In this document: one piece after another, positions 7,927 to 18,905 of the stretch | Layout of the letters: every line of letters starts with the position of its first letter | Numbering within the stretch: the stretch's first letter is position 1 | Source: an uncultured Chloroflexia bacterium | GTDB lineage: Bacteria > Chloroflexota > Dehalococcoidia > Dehalococcoidales > RBG-16-60-22 | NCBI GenBank assembly: GCA_963739395.1 | Contig: CAVUAE010000001.1 | Coordinates: forward strand, 1,386,930 to 1,450,929 | DNA: 64,000 nucleotides | Reading direction: 5' to 3' | Position numbers and translations under genes: made by a program | The notes under the pieces: generated by a model | Database searches by the model: none | The model's input: the letters and a program-made list of their open reading frames with translations, nothing else | What the model was told of the DNA's origin: nothing

Positions 7927-10887
7927 TTACTTCCCATGGCAGTGCTTATATTTCTTGCCGGAGCCGCAGGGGCAGGGGTCGTTACGGCCGACCTTTTTAT
8001 TGCCGGAGACGGTGGGTTTACTATCGCCCGAGGAGCCCATGTTCGCTTGAGCCATCGGGGAGACAGGAGCTTGAGCGCCGCGTTCCACCAGGTTCACGTG
8101 GAAGATAACGTTAGCCGTCTCATGCTGGATATTCTCTTTCAGCTCTCCAAACTTCTGGTGACCTGATATTTTATACGCATCAGCCGATTTCATTTGACGC
8201 AAAGTCTGCCAACCTGCCTGGAGTCGCTCGTGCTCCATCGCCGTGAGGTGCTCTATCCAGAGTTTATCGATTATCTGGAGCATGACCAGCCGCTCGAGCA
8301 GTCGCGATTTTTCGGGTCCCAGTTGTTTTTCGCGCTCTTCATAAAGCTTAATCGCTATTTCATCAAACTTTTGCTCGATGTCTTTTTCACCCATGCCATT
8401 AAAGGCTTGGTCATTCATTTCACGCGGAAGGGGCATCAGGCGGCTGACGTCCTTTAAGAGACCAGCGATATTGCCGTCCTCGCCGAACTCGCCGCGGGGA
8501 TGAGAGCCGATAATGTACCCGATTTCCTTATGCACCATATCCAGGATGTTGCTCTTTAGATCGAAGCCAGAGAGGATTTTATTTCTTTCCTTATAGATAA
8601 GGTCGCGGTGAGTGTTGACCACATCATCGTACTCGACGAGGTTTTTACGAACATCGAAGTGATAGCCCTCGACGCGTTTCTGCACGTCGGTAATCATATT
8701 AGTAACAATTTTATTTTCGATGGGGGTTTCTTCATCCATGCCTACCCAGCCCAGAACAGTCTTCAGGCGGTCGCCCCCGAAGCGGCGCATAATATCGTCC
8801 TCAAGCGAGATATAAAAACGCGATTCACCGGGATCGCCCTGACGACCGGCACGACCGCGCAGCTGGTTATCGATACGGCGGGCTTCATGCCGTTCTGTGC
8901 CGACGATGTGAAGTCCTCCCAACTCGATTATTTTATCATGGGCTTTTTGCCAGTCTTCCAGTTCTTTTTCGTATCTCTTCAGCGCTTCTGCGTCCCCGTC
9001 TTCCGGCTTCTCCGGCTGGCGCCCTCCCAGCACGATATCCACACCGCGACCAGCCATGTTGGTTGCCACGGTGACCATCCCCGTCTTGCCGGCATAAGCC
9101 ACGATTTCACCTTCGCGGGTATGTTCTTTGGCGTTAAGCACCTGGCAATTTATACCCTGCCGCTTGAGTATACCGCTTAAAAGTTCTGATTTTTCGATAG
9201 ATACTGTACCAATCAGGACAGGTATGCCTTTTTCATGAAGCTCTTTAATGTCTTTGGCTATGGCGCGGAACTTGCCGGCTTCGGTTTTATAAATAAGGTC
9301 GGACAGGTCTTCCCGTATCATGGGTTCGTTGGTGGGAATCTCGGTGACTTCCAGTTTATAAATCTTAAAAAATTCTTCTGCTTCGGTAGAGGCAGTGCCG
9401 GTCATGCCTGCCAGTTTTTCATACATACGGAAATAATTCTGGATGGTGATGGTGGCATAGGTAAGCGACTCACGCTGAACTCTAACATGCTCTTTAGCTT
9501 CGATAGCCTGGTGCAGACCCTCTGAATAGCGTCGACCGTACATTTTGCGTCCGGTGAATTCATCGACGATTACTATTTCATTATTTTCCACCACATACTG
9601 GCGGTCTTTATGGAATAACGCATGGGCGTTTAAAGCCTGGCGGAAAGCCATCTGAATATCATTAAGTTTTCTGGCTTCTTGTATACTTACGTCATGGCTT
9701 TCTTGAACAGTCTCGCCGCCGAAAAGCTCCTCCGCTCTCATGCGGAAAGCCCGCGCTATTTTTTCCTGACCTCGCGTTGTAGGTTCAACATAGTGTTCCT
9801 TCTCATAAGCCACGTAGTCGACTTGCTGTTTTAGATTTTCCAACTCCCCTTTATCCTGGTCGAACCGAGGCTTGGGTTCATAAGGCAGAACCTTACCATT
9901 CATACGGCTGACGACGTCATTGACGGCTTTATAAAGCTGCCCCGTATCTTCGGCTGGGCCGCTGATGATGAGAGGAGTGCGGGCTTCATCGATTAAAAGG
10001 TTATCCACCTCATCGACGATGGCGTAATACAGAGGACGCTGGACGCGCTTCGATAGTTCAACAACCATGTTATCTCTTAAATAGTCGAAACCAAATTCGG
10101 CGGAAGTGCCATAAATGATATCGGCTTGATAGGCTTCCTGGCGGGAGATGGGACGGAAATGGCGCCAGATATCCTTTTCTTTGCCGGAGTCGAAGGAGGG
10201 GTTGTAAAGGCGGGCAGGTGTATGCTCATCGGGTGACTGCATGGGGTAGATACTGGAGACGCTAACTCCGAGGGCGTGGTAAATAGGCCCCATCCAGTAG
10301 GGGTCGCGCCGCGCCAGATAATCGTTAACAGTGACGAGATGAACACCACGACCGGTTAAGGAATTGAGGTAGAGGGGGAGGGTGGCGACCAGTGTTTTAC
10401 CTTCACCGGTTTTCATTTCGGCTATTTTGCCCTGGTGCAAAGCCACGCCGCCGATTAGCTGTACATCATAATGTCGCTGTCCGATGGTGCGATGAGCGGC
10501 TTCACGGACTGCGGCAAAAGCCTCGGGGAGGATTTCTTCTAAAGCGTCTTTTTCCAGTTTCTGACGCTCTTTTTCAATCTGTTTTATCTTATCTTCAACG
10601 CGCTTAAGCTCTTTATCCGCTTCATCTTTTTCAATATCCCAGGTAGCGCTGGTGGCATGTTGCCTTGCCTCATCCAGTTCTTGCTGTGCGGCTTCGAGTT
10701 TGGGCGTAATGCTACGAGTAGCCTCAGCTATTTGGCCCTTAAATTCAGCGGTTTTGGCTTTAAGGTCCTCATCGGCGAGTGCCTGATACTTCGGCTCAAG
10801 CGAATTTATACCATCAACATAAGGCTGGAGGCGTTTAACTTCTTTTTCGTTAGAATCGAATAAACTGCCGAATAATTTAACCATCAC
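7927..10887 (-). CDS. secA: Preprotein translocase ATPase SecA
   Basis: EMKTGEGKT, IVDEVD, ATNMAGRG, GRAGRQGDPG, C-terminal SEC-C CPCGSGKKYKHCHG. Confidence 0.98.
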   Translation of the reverse strand: MMVKLFGSLFDSNEKEVKRLQPYVDGINSLEPKYQALADEDLKAKTAEFKGQIAEATRSITPKLEAAQQELDEARQHATSATWDIEKDEADKELKRVEDKIKQIEKERQKLEKDALEEILPEAFAAVREAAHRTIGQRHYDVQLIGGVALHQGKIAEMKTGEGKTLVATLPLYLNSLTGRGVHLVTVNDYLARRDPYWMGPIYHALGVSVSSIYPMQSPDEHTPARLYNPSFDSGKEKDIWRHFRPISRQEAYQADIIYGTSAEFGFDYLRDNMVVELSKRVQRPLYYAIVDEVDNLLIDEARTPLIISGPAEDTGQLYKAVNDVVSRMNGKVLPYEPKPRFDQDKGELENLKQQVDYVAYEKEHYVEPTTRGQEKIARAFRMRAEELFGGETVQESHDVSIQEARKLNDIQMAFRQALNAHALFHKDRQYVVENNEIVIVDEFTGRKMYGRRYSEGLHQAIEAKEHVRVQRESLTYATITIQNYFRMYEKLAGMTGTASTEAEEFFKIYKLEVTEIPTNEPMIREDLSDLIYKTEAGKFRAIAKDIKELHEKGIPVLIGTVSIEKSELLSGILKRQGINCQVLNAKEHTREGEIVAYAGKTGMVTVATNMAGRGVDIVLGGRQPEKPEDGDAEALKRYEKELEDWQKAHDKIIELGGLHIVGTERHEARRIDNQLRGRAGRQGDPGESRFYISLEDDIMRRFGGDRLKTVLGWVGMDEETPIENKIVTNMITDVQKRVEGYHFDVRKNLVEYDDVVNTHRDLIYKERNKILSGFDLKSNILDMVHKEIGYIIGSHPRGEFGEDGNIAGLLKDVSRLMPLPREMNDQAFNGMGEKDIEQKFDEIAIKLYEEREKQLGPEKSRLLERLVMLQIIDKLWIEHLTAMEHERLQAGWQTLRQMKSADAYKISGHQKFGELKENIQHETANVIFHVNLVERGAQAPVSPMAQANMGSSGDSKPTVSGNKKVGRNDPCPCGSGKKYKHCHGK

Positions 10888-11107
10888 CTTTACTCACAAT
10901 TAATTCTTTAGCTTTTTTCGCTAGAGATTCTAGAACCATGACTTTTACCTCGCCCATACCATCCATGGTTAAAACATGGACGGAGGGGGCAGCATTAGAC
11001 CTTAAAAAACAGGGGATATGAAAACTTTCCAGCAGGCTTTTGATAACCTGCGCTTCCATGCTGTTGTTGGCATGGTAAACTTCCACCATTTTTTCGTTAC
11101 TTTTCAA
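10877..11107 (-). CDS. DUF2007-like putative signal-transducing small protein (start uncertain)
   Basis: EAQVIKSLLESFHIPC...GMGEVKVMV....AKKAKELI pattern. Confidence 0.7.
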   Translation of the reverse strand: MKSNEKMVEVYHANNSMEAQVIKSLLESFHIPCFLRSNAAPSVHVLTMDGMGEVKVMVLESLAKKAKELIVSKGDG

Positions 11108-12041
11108 ACATGGCTCCCACGGACTGGCCGGTGTGAATGCGTTTGATGGCCTCACCCAGCAGCGGCGCGATGGAGATTATCTTTAGTTTCGCGAGTCTCT
11201 TATTGGCGGGTATCGGCACGGAATCGGTAACCACGACCTCTTTAACCTCGCATTTTTTAAGGTTAGCGATGGCATCGTCGGAGAGGATAGCGTGGGTGGA
11301 GCAGGCGTAGATATCCTTGGCGCCGCGTTTCTTTAACGCTTCGACGACGCTAAGCAGCGAGCCGGCTGTATTTATTTCTTCATCAACAATGAGGGCGGAC
11401 TTGCCCTGTACATCGCCGATAACGTTAAGCAACTCGGCTTTATCTTTGTTCCCGACACGCCTTTTTTCCATGATAGCCAGGGGTTTCTTCATCCAGGAGG
11501 CGATATCTCTAGCCTGCTTGGTAATGCCGAAATCAGTAGCGACTACTACCAACTTATTTATTTCTTTCTTTTTAAAATAGTCGGTCAACAGGTGAAAAGC
11601 GGTAAGCTCATCGACAGGGATACTGAAGAACCCCTGAATCTGGGCTTTATGCAGGTCGACGGTAAGGACGCGGTTAGAGCCAGCCACGGTAAGCAGGTCG
11701 GCTATCAGGCGGGCGGTAATGGGGACGCGGGGCTGGTCTTTTTTATCCGAACGCCCGTAAGCGTAATAGGGAATAACGGCGGTAATCCGGTGGGCGGAGG
11801 CGCGCTTCATGGCGTCGATCATAATGAGGAGCTCCATCAAATGGCTGTTAACCGGCGATGATATGGGCTGGACGATAAAAACATCCCGTTCTCTCACGTT
11901 TTCCAGGATACGGACGAAGGTGTTTTCGTTGCTGAACTCCATGACCTCGCAGTTGCCTAGGTGTATACCAAGATAATTTGCTATCTCCTTAGCCAGTTTG
12001 GGATGAGCATTGCCGGTAAAGACCTTGAGTTTGTCGTTCAT
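11097..12041 (-). CDS. prs: Ribose-phosphate pyrophosphokinase
   Basis: VIPYYAYGRSDKK, DLHKAQIQGFF, IVDEEINTAGS. Confidence 0.95.
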   Translation of the reverse strand: MNDKLKVFTGNAHPKLAKEIANYLGIHLGNCEVMEFSNENTFVRILENVRERDVFIVQPISSPVNSHLMELLIMIDAMKRASAHRITAVIPYYAYGRSDKKDQPRVPITARLIADLLTVAGSNRVLTVDLHKAQIQGFFSIPVDELTAFHLLTDYFKKKEINKLVVVATDFGITKQARDIASWMKKPLAIMEKRRVGNKDKAELLNVIGDVQGKSALIVDEEINTAGSLLSVVEALKKRGAKDIYACSTHAILSDDAIANLKKCEVKEVVVTDSVPIPANKRLAKLKIISIAPLLGEAIKRIHTGQSVGAMFEK

Positions 12042-12152
12042 GAAAAATCTCCTCTTAAACCAAGCTTTTCCGCATTCTTATTATAGCACTAAATAGAGGC
12101 AAGCTCACGTATAAATAATGAATTAATAGGAGAAAAAATTTTAAGGTTTTAC

Positions 12153-12644
12153 CTATATTAATATATCTCGTAGGGTTTTAAGGTTGACGACGTCTTCCTT
12201 ATTATATTCACAGAGCTTGTTCAGGGCGTCCAGGTCGAAAGAGTCAACGTATTGCCACCAGAGTTTAACGGCTTCCCGACCGTTCATATCCGGCAGATTG
12301 CGATTAATACCAAGCTGAACTTCAACCCCCTTTAACCCCCCGTGCAGGTTCTTGCTCCAGCAGTCGTACATCAAATCGCGGTGGGGAAAAAGGGCGGCTA
12401 AATCGAGGCCGAACTGCGACCTAATAAAAGGTAAATCGAAGCGACTGCCGTTATAGGAATAAATGACTTCCACGCCTTCGAGAGCTTCTAAAATGGCATC
12501 GGCGGTAATATCATTACCAACAAACTGAACGAAATCAGTCTCTTCGCCGCGGCAGATATAAATGCCGACCACAGTAATTTCACTGGCGCCGTAAATAAGT
12601 CCAGTGGTTTCGATATCGATATAGGCTTCGACTCTATTTTGCAT
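12153..12644 (-). CDS. RNase H-like (YprB/RNase_H_2) 3'-5' exonuclease domain protein
   Basis: YIDIETTGL, SYNGSRFDLPFI, GGLKGVE, YNKEDV. Confidence 0.85.
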   Translation of the reverse strand: MQNRVEAYIDIETTGLIYGASEITVVGIYICRGEETDFVQFVGNDITADAILEALEGVEVIYSYNGSRFDLPFIRSQFGLDLAALFPHRDLMYDCWSKNLHGGLKGVEVQLGINRNLPDMNGREAVKLWWQYVDSFDLDALNKLCEYNKEDVVNLKTLRDILI

Positions 12645-12658
12645 CGCAAACTATCTAC

Positions 12659-13438
12659 TTAATAACTCATGCGAATTTTTAAACCGCGACCATGCAGGTA
12701 TTGTTTAAGCTGTTTACAGGTGTATTCGCCGTAATGCACGATAGAAGCCACCAGTGCGGCGTCGGCATGACCTTCGGTGAGTACGTCGTAAAGATGCTCT
12801 GGCTTGCCCGCCCCACCCGAGGCGATGACCGGTATACCAACGGCGTCGGCAATCATCCGCGTTAGCTTAAGCTCATAGCCTTCTTTCGTGCCGTCGGCGT
12901 CGATAGAATTGATAACTAGCTCGCCTGCCCCAAGTCGTTCCCCCTCTTTTGCCCACCACAAGGCGTCGATGCCGGTGGGTGTCACACCATCGTTAATGAC
13001 GATTTCGTAGCCGGAGGGAATTTTAGGGGTGGTGCTTACACGTCGGATATCCATTGAAAGTACCGTACTCTGGGAGCCGATGGAGTTGGCAATTTCTTTT
13101 ATCAGCTTCTTGCGCTTGACGGCGGCGGTGTTGACATTCACCTTTTCCGCTCCGGCTTCGCGTAATTTCGTGGCATCATCTACGGAGCGTATGCCGCCGC
13201 CGACGGAAAAAGGGATGAAAATTTGCGAGGCGGCTTTTTCCACCAGGTCGATAATGATGTTTCGGTCTTCCCGTGAGGCGGAAATATCGTAAAAAACAAT
13301 CTCGTCGGCGCCGTCTTGGTAGTACTGGCGGGCTTTAACGACGGGGTCGCCGATATCTTTCGTGTCAATAAAACGGACGCTTTTAGCCAGCTTATTGCCG
13401 CGGACATCGAGGCAAACAATTAAGCGTTTACTTAGCAT
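12659..13438 (-). CDS. hisF: Imidazole glycerol phosphate synthase cyclase subunit
   Basis: [45 protein letters not shown]. Start at MLSKRL. Confidence 0.93.
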   Translation of the reverse strand: MLSKRLIVCLDVRGNKLAKSVRFIDTKDIGDPVVKARQYYQDGADEIVFYDISASREDRNIIIDLVEKAASQIFIPFSVGGGIRSVDDATKLREAGAEKVNVNTAAVKRKKLIKEIANSIGSQSTVLSMDIRRVSTTPKIPSGYEIVINDGVTPTGIDALWWAKEGERLGAGELVINSIDADGTKEGYELKLTRMIADAVGIPVIASGGAGKPEHLYDVLTEGHADAALVASIVHYGEYTCKQLKQYLHGRGLKIRMSY

Positions 13439-13440
13439 GT

Positions 13441-14055
13441 TTATTTCCCCTCCCACCCCTTAAACCTCTCTAATAACTCCAGTCCCAAACGCCCGCTTTT
13501 TTCCGGGTGGAATTGGGTGGCGAAAAGGTTTTTGTATCCTAACGCGCAGCAAAAATCGCCGCCATAGTCAGCAACGGCGTAAATGTTTGGCTTATCCGAT
13601 GGATTGGGATAATAGGAGTGGACGAAGTAAAATTCATCGCCTGGCTTAATCCCTTTCAGTAAGGGGTGGGGTTTAACCACCTTAACCTCGTTCCAGCCCA
13701 TGTGAGGTATCTTAAACGATTTATTCTTAAGCTTAAAACGGACGGTTTTGCCCGGCACTACGCCGAGGCATTTTGTCGGTCCTTCCTCGGAAATTTCGAG
13801 GACGATTTGGGCACCGAGGCAGATGCCTAATATCGGGACGCCGGACTTAAAAGCATCTTTAATGGCTTTATCGAGTCCCATCTTTTTTAAGTATTTCATG
13901 GCGCTGGGCGCCGCGCCGACGCCTGGAAAAATTATCTTATTTGCGTTAGCCACGAGCTTGGGGTCGCTGGTGATAATGGCGTCAGCACCCACCTCTTTAC
14001 AGGCGCGCAGGACGCTCCTGATATTGCCCGCATTATAATCAATAATGGTTATCAT
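13441..14055 (-). CDS. hisH: Imidazole glycerol phosphate synthase glutaminase subunit
   Basis: IDYNAGN, FPGVG, LGICLG, PHMGWN, YFVHSY, QFHPEKS. Confidence 0.93.
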   Translation of the reverse strand: MITIIDYNAGNIRSVLRACKEVGADAIITSDPKLVANANKIIFPGVGAAPSAMKYLKKMGLDKAIKDAFKSGVPILGICLGAQIVLEISEEGPTKCLGVVPGKTVRFKLKNKSFKIPHMGWNEVKVVKPHPLLKGIKPGDEFYFVHSYYPNPSDKPNIYAVADYGGDFCCALGYKNLFATQFHPEKSGRLGLELLERFKGWEGK

Positions 14056-15089
14056 TTTAGTTCTTCAGCAAGTTTTAAAGCATACTGGTCGGTCATGCCG
14101 GCGATATAGTCCACTACTCCTCGTTCTGTCGTATCGGCGTGAAGGCGGTACTCCGCCGGTAGTTTTTCCGCGTGTTTGTTAAAATATTTCCAAAGAAATA
14201 CAACCACTTTTTTAGCATTAGTAGCTTCGGCACGTTCTGTTCTCGGTGTATAAACCCGCGTGAAAAGAAAGTCGCGTAATTTTTCAGCGGCAGCAAGCAC
14301 CGCGTGACTCATCTTTATTGCCGATCGCTCTTTAATTATATCACTTACACGTACATTCCAAGAACTTTTAACGATGTCGCTGACCATGGTGTTGATACGC
14401 TGCGAGTGAGAGTTACCGAGTACTTTAATAGCTTCATGTGGTAAATCTTTTTCAGTAAGAATGCCTGCTCGAACAGCGTCGCCGATATCGTGGTTGATAT
14501 AAGCCACCATGTCCGAGATTTTAACGACTTCTCCTTCTAGAGTGCCTACCTCGCCCCAATCTTTACCGAGGACGGCTGTTTGCGACTTTGAGTGATTGAT
14601 GATGCCGTCCCGCACCTCCCAGGTTAAATTGAGTCCCTGACCATCTTTTTCCAGCAAGTCGACGATACGCAGACTCTGCTCGTTGTGGCGGAAGCCTTCG
14701 CTATAAAGTTCGTTTAAAATATCCTCCCCCCAATGTCCGAACGGCGTATGACCCAGGTCATGTCCCAGGGCGATGGCTTCGGTCAGGTCTTCATTCAGGT
14801 TCAATGCCCGGGTAATGGTACGGGCGATTTGCGATACTTCCAGCGTGTGGGTGAGACGGGTAACATAATGGTCGCCGAGAGGAGCGATAAAAACCTGCGT
14901 CTTGTGCTTCAAACGCCGAAAGGACATGCAATGGATAATGCGGTCGCGGTCGCGCTGGAAGCAGGTGCGGATGGGGTCCGGGTCTTCAGGACGCTGTCTG
15001 CCTTTGGATAGCCGGCTTTTTGTGGCAAGTGGAGAGAGGTTTTCTTCCTTCTCTTCGGTAAACTGGCGGACGTTTAGTTTTTCTATCAC
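14052..15089 (-). CDS. dgt: dGTP triphosphohydrolase-like HD protein (start uncertain)
   Basis: FQRDRDRIIH, RLKHKTQV, TRLTHTLEV, GHDLGHTPFGH, DYIAGMTD. Confidence 0.9.
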   Translation of the reverse strand: MIEKLNVRQFTEEKEENLSPLATKSRLSKGRQRPEDPDPIRTCFQRDRDRIIHCMSFRRLKHKTQVFIAPLGDHYVTRLTHTLEVSQIARTITRALNLNEDLTEAIALGHDLGHTPFGHWGEDILNELYSEGFRHNEQSLRIVDLLEKDGQGLNLTWEVRDGIINHSKSQTAVLGKDWGEVGTLEGEVVKISDMVAYINHDIGDAVRAGILTEKDLPHEAIKVLGNSHSQRINTMVSDIVKSSWNVRVSDIIKERSAIKMSHAVLAAAEKLRDFLFTRVYTPRTERAEATNAKKVVVFLWKYFNKHAEKLPAEYRLHADTTERGVVDYIAGMTDQYALKLAEELK

Positions 15090-15136
15090 TTTCGATATGC
15101 TATACCACCAATCATAAAAAGGCAATCAAAATAAAC

Positions 15137-15162
15137 AGGGGCGGATTTTTAAGTCCGCCCCT
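15137..15162 (-). terminator. GC-rich hairpin after ppsA (terminator or GTAG-REP-like)
   Basis: AGGGGCGGA-TTTTTAAG-TCCGCCCCT followed by a U-rich run on the minus strand. Confidence 0.6.
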
Positions 15163-15187
15163 ATATTAGCGTAAACAACCATAATGT

Positions 15188-17437
15188 CTATTTGATACCC
15201 AGCTTTTTTTCGGCTTCGGCGATAATGTCGCGGGTGATGTCAATCATGTCCGGGCTGACGCTGATGCTTGTGCAGCCCCATTCCACTAGCTTTTGGGTGA
15301 TTTCTGGATAGACGCTGGGCGCCTGACCGCAAATGGAACAGGTGACGCCCAATTGTTTGCATGTCTTAACCACTTTCTCGATGGAAATCATTACCGCTTC
15401 GTTGCGCTCGTCAAAACTGGCGGCGAGCTTGGCGCTATCTCTATCGATACCGAGCGTTAGCTGGGTCAGGTCATTAGAGCCGATGGATATGCCATCGATG
15501 CCCGTGGCGATGAATTTCTCTAGTAAAATAACGTTAGAGGGCACTTCGCACATCATCCAGAGCTTAAATGTCGGCGAACGCTTAAGTCCTTCCTCTTCCA
15601 TGATTTTAATTGTGCCTGCCATTTCTTTAACCGTTCGTACGAAAGGAATCATTACCCAGAGGTTATCGTATTTTTCCCTCACTTTTTTAATGGCGTCAAG
15701 TTCTAGTTTGAAGGTGGCGATATCCGTAATGTATCGTGAAGCACCTCGGTAACCAATCATCGGGTTTTCCTCATCCTGTTCGTACTTATCGCCGCCCTTG
15801 AGGGCTTTATATTCATTGGATTTGAAATCATTGGTGCGGTAGACCACCTGGCGGGGATGAAAGGCTTTGGCGAATTTGGTAAGGCCGACGGCCAGTTTAT
15901 TCACGAACTCCTGTCCGCGTCCCTGTTCAATCATATAGCTGGGGTGCTCGCCGATTTCGGCGACCATGAACTCAGCGCGTAAGAGACCAATGCCGTCGAC
16001 ATCTCTCATGGCGATGCGGTCGACGATTTCCGGCTGGGCTAGATTAGCCAGGAGTTTGGTCTTGGTTTTGACCTCGCCGCGGGCGCGTATTTTAAAATCG
16101 GTCTTAACCTCTATCTTGCCGGGGTAGACCTTACCATTACTGCCGTCTACGGTAATAATCTGCCCGTCCTTAAGTGTAGCAGTGGCTTTTTCACAGCCCA
16201 CGACGCAGGGTATGCCCAGCTCGCGGCTGACTATGGCAGCGTGGGCCGTTCTACCGCCGCGGTCGGTGACGATAGCTGCGGCGCGCTTCATGGCGGGGAC
16301 GAAGTCCGGCGTCGTCATTTCCGCTACCAGGATATCGCCTTCGAGCACTTTATCAATCTGAGAGGGGTCGGGGACAATTTTAACAGGACCGGAAGCGACA
16401 CCTGGACTGGCAGCCGCGCCAGATAAAAGCACTGGGGCGTCGATATCATGTGAGGTTACTTTACTTTTATTCATGGTGGTTACGGGGCGGGTCTGGACGA
16501 TATAAATTTTACCGCCTTGTTTAGCCCACTCCACGTCTTGTGGGTGGTCGTAATGCTTTTCTAACGTTTTACCTATTTTAGCCAGAAAGAGGATATCATC
16601 ATCGGTGATTTTTTGTTTTTCCTGTTCTTCTTTGGTCAGGATAACTTTTTTATTTTCATCTTTGCCGTGGGCGCCGGCTTCTTTGACCAGTTTCCATTCC
16701 TGTTTCTTAATTTCCTTGGAAAGGATTTTCACGCCTTTTTTATCGACCGTATAATGGTCAGGGGTGACGTCCCCGGAGACAATCATTTCACCGAGACCGA
16801 GCACAGCTTCGATGGTGATTTTTTCTTTATCGCTGGTGGTAGGCTCGATTGTGAACATGACGCCGGAGGATTCCGACTGCACCATACGTTGCACCGGCAC
16901 CGCGATACCGACCTTAAAATGCTCGAAACCCTGCTCCTGCCTGTAGAAGATAGCGCGAGCGCCGAAGAGCGAAGCCCAGCAGTCCTGCACGGCTTTGACG
17001 ACGTCCTTTTCTCCTTGGATATTGAGGAAAGTTGCCTGCTGCCCGGCGAACGATGCTTCCGGCAGGTCTTCGGCTGTGGCAGAGGAACGCACTGCTACCA
17101 GCCCTTTACCCATTTTTACGTATGCCTGCTCGATGGCTTTGGCGGTTTCTTTGGGCATCGGGGCATCGGTAATGAGTTTTTGTACTTTGAGGGCAACTTC
17201 CTGGAGCTGTTTGCTGTTTTGAATGTTAAGGGGGTCGAGGAGGGATTTGATTTTGTCATGAAGGTTGGCTTTTTCGATGAAATCGTAGTAGGCAGAGGCG
17301 GTGACGATAAATCCGGGTGGTACGGGGATGCCGGCATTAGTCATTTCGCCGAGATTAGCCCCTTTACCCCCCACAAGTGGTATATCTTTCTTGGTAACTT
17401 CGGTGAACCAGACTACCGCCTTGGAACTCTGTCGCAT
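15188..17437 (-). CDS. ppsA: Phosphoenolpyruvate synthase
   Basis: VGGKGANLGEM, AVRSSATAEDL, GGRTAHAAIVSRE, SIGSNDLTQ. GGAGGA RBS before MRQSS. Confidence 0.96.
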   Translation of the reverse strand: MRQSSKAVVWFTEVTKKDIPLVGGKGANLGEMTNAGIPVPPGFIVTASAYYDFIEKANLHDKIKSLLDPLNIQNSKQLQEVALKVQKLITDAPMPKETAKAIEQAYVKMGKGLVAVRSSATAEDLPEASFAGQQATFLNIQGEKDVVKAVQDCWASLFGARAIFYRQEQGFEHFKVGIAVPVQRMVQSESSGVMFTIEPTTSDKEKITIEAVLGLGEMIVSGDVTPDHYTVDKKGVKILSKEIKKQEWKLVKEAGAHGKDENKKVILTKEEQEKQKITDDDILFLAKIGKTLEKHYDHPQDVEWAKQGGKIYIVQTRPVTTMNKSKVTSHDIDAPVLLSGAAASPGVASGPVKIVPDPSQIDKVLEGDILVAEMTTPDFVPAMKRAAAIVTDRGGRTAHAAIVSRELGIPCVVGCEKATATLKDGQIITVDGSNGKVYPGKIEVKTDFKIRARGEVKTKTKLLANLAQPEIVDRIAMRDVDGIGLLRAEFMVAEIGEHPSYMIEQGRGQEFVNKLAVGLTKFAKAFHPRQVVYRTNDFKSNEYKALKGGDKYEQDEENPMIGYRGASRYITDIATFKLELDAIKKVREKYDNLWVMIPFVRTVKEMAGTIKIMEEEGLKRSPTFKLWMMCEVPSNVILLEKFIATGIDGISIGSNDLTQLTLGIDRDSAKLAASFDERNEAVMISIEKVVKTCKQLGVTCSICGQAPSVYPEITQKLVEWGCTSISVSPDMIDITRDIIAEAEKKLGIK

Positions 17438-17736
17438 ACGTTGTCCTCCGTTATTACTTAGGGATTGGTACAAGGCAGGGTGATGATTCATTATAGCAAT
17501 TTTATTCATGGTCTTTCAACCTCACCTTTTAAAAAATGAGCTAGCGTTGACATTATGGGGACGGGTGATAAAAGGGACAATCAAGTAGTCCCTAGATTGT
17601 TTAACATAGAACACCAATTTTCTTCGTAAAAGCAGGTTTAGGACAAAATTTTTATGAATTTTTTATTTGACAGGGCTGATATTTCGGGTTTAGAATTAAA
17701 ATTACCGAGGTAATAAGGGGTAAGGGAGGTCTGCCT

Positions 17737-18288
17737 ATGATTGAAATGACAATTGATAGTATCCGAGTCAGCCTGATGAACTACCAGCGCGTGGTAATTC
17801 TCAAGGAGAAAGTATCAGACCGTTATTTGCCTATCTGGATAGGTCCGGCCGAGGCAGACGCGATTGCCGTCAAACTCCAGGGAGTGGCCGTGCCCCGCCC
17901 TTTAACCCACGACCTGCTGAACTCGGTTATCGATACTCTGGGTGGCGTGGTCAACTCCATCGTCGTCAACGACCTTAAAAATGATACCTTTTTCGCTAAA
18001 GTAATCATCGATACGTCCGGTAAGCAGATGGAAGTCGACTCCCGTCCCAGTGACGCTCTTGCCCTCGCGGTGAGAACAGGCGTGCCCATCTATGCCGACG
18101 AATCGGTACTGGATAAAGCCGGTATCCTGCTGGACGGCGAAACGGGTAAACCTATCTTCGACGAGAGGGAGTTGCCTGAAGGCAAAGTCGCCAAGGTCAC
18201 TGATGAAGATATGAAAAAGAAGATGTCTGCCTTCTACGACTTCATCAATACGCTTGATTTAGACGATTTTGACAAACGCAAATCCTAG
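17737..18288 (+). CDS. Bifunctional nuclease family (DUF151) protein
   Basis: LPIWIG..EA.AI, RPLTHDL, DSRPSDALALA. Confidence 0.92.
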   Translation: MIEMTIDSIRVSLMNYQRVVILKEKVSDRYLPIWIGPAEADAIAVKLQGVAVPRPLTHDLLNSVIDTLGGVVNSIVVNDLKNDTFFAKVIIDTSGKQMEVDSRPSDALALAVRTGVPIYADESVLDKAGILLDGETGKPIFDERELPEGKVAKVTDEDMKKKMSAFYDFINTLDLDDFDKRKS

Positions 18289-18313
18289 CTGATAGTTAAA
18301 ATATTTGGTTTTT

Positions 18314-18342
18314 AAGAGCCCCGAGTATTTCGGGGCTCTTTT
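18314..18342 (+). terminator. Rho-independent terminator
   Basis: AAGAGCCCCGA-GTATT-TCGGGGCTCTTTT. Confidence 0.8.
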
Positions 18343-18412
18343 GATTTGACATTAACGCGGTGTGATGATAATATTTTTACACCTTTCAAAATAAATAACA
18401 TGGAGGATTGAC

Positions 18413-18709
18413 ATGGCTATCGACGGCACCTATAAAATTGAGATTGACACCCCGATGGGAAAACAGGAAGCTACAATGACTTTTAAGACAGCCGGTGATA
18501 AAGTCAGCGGTTCGGCGGAAAGCATGATGGGCAAGAGCGACTTTACCGGTACAGTCAGCGGTGATACCGTAAAATTCAAACAAGATATATCCAGTCCGAT
18601 GGGGCAGATGGTATTGGAATATACCGGCACAGTAACGGGCGATAATATCGCTGGAGAGGTTAAAGCCGGTAATTTCGGCTCGTCCCCGTTCAAAGGTAAG
18701 AGAGTATAA
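18413..18709 (+). CDS. Hypothetical small beta-strand protein
   Basis: 98-aa ORF with a GGAGG RBS and an upstream TTGACA-N17-TAATAT promoter. Confidence 0.75.
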   Translation: MAIDGTYKIEIDTPMGKQEATMTFKTAGDKVSGSAESMMGKSDFTGTVSGDTVKFKQDISSPMGQMVLEYTGTVTGDNIAGEVKAGNFGSSPFKGKRV

Positions 18710-18905
18710 ATTTTACTTTGCTATTCATCGTAATAACATAGTAGCGGTATAGTGAAGCATATTTGGCTTGGCTATTTAGTACGACTATGAAAGTAACGTA
18801 CATTCATTTTTCCAAATGTCTGCGTTTTTAAAGCATCCTTCAGACTTTGACCCTTGACGCTAGATTCTGCTATGATACTTCTGTATTAGATACAGCGAGG
18901 TCGGT

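Noticed and set aside
10540-10740. Coiled-coil insertion in the SecA N-terminus as an intein or mobile insert
   Set aside because: No intein terminal motifs or repeat-derived DNA; lineage-specific SecA inserts are common.
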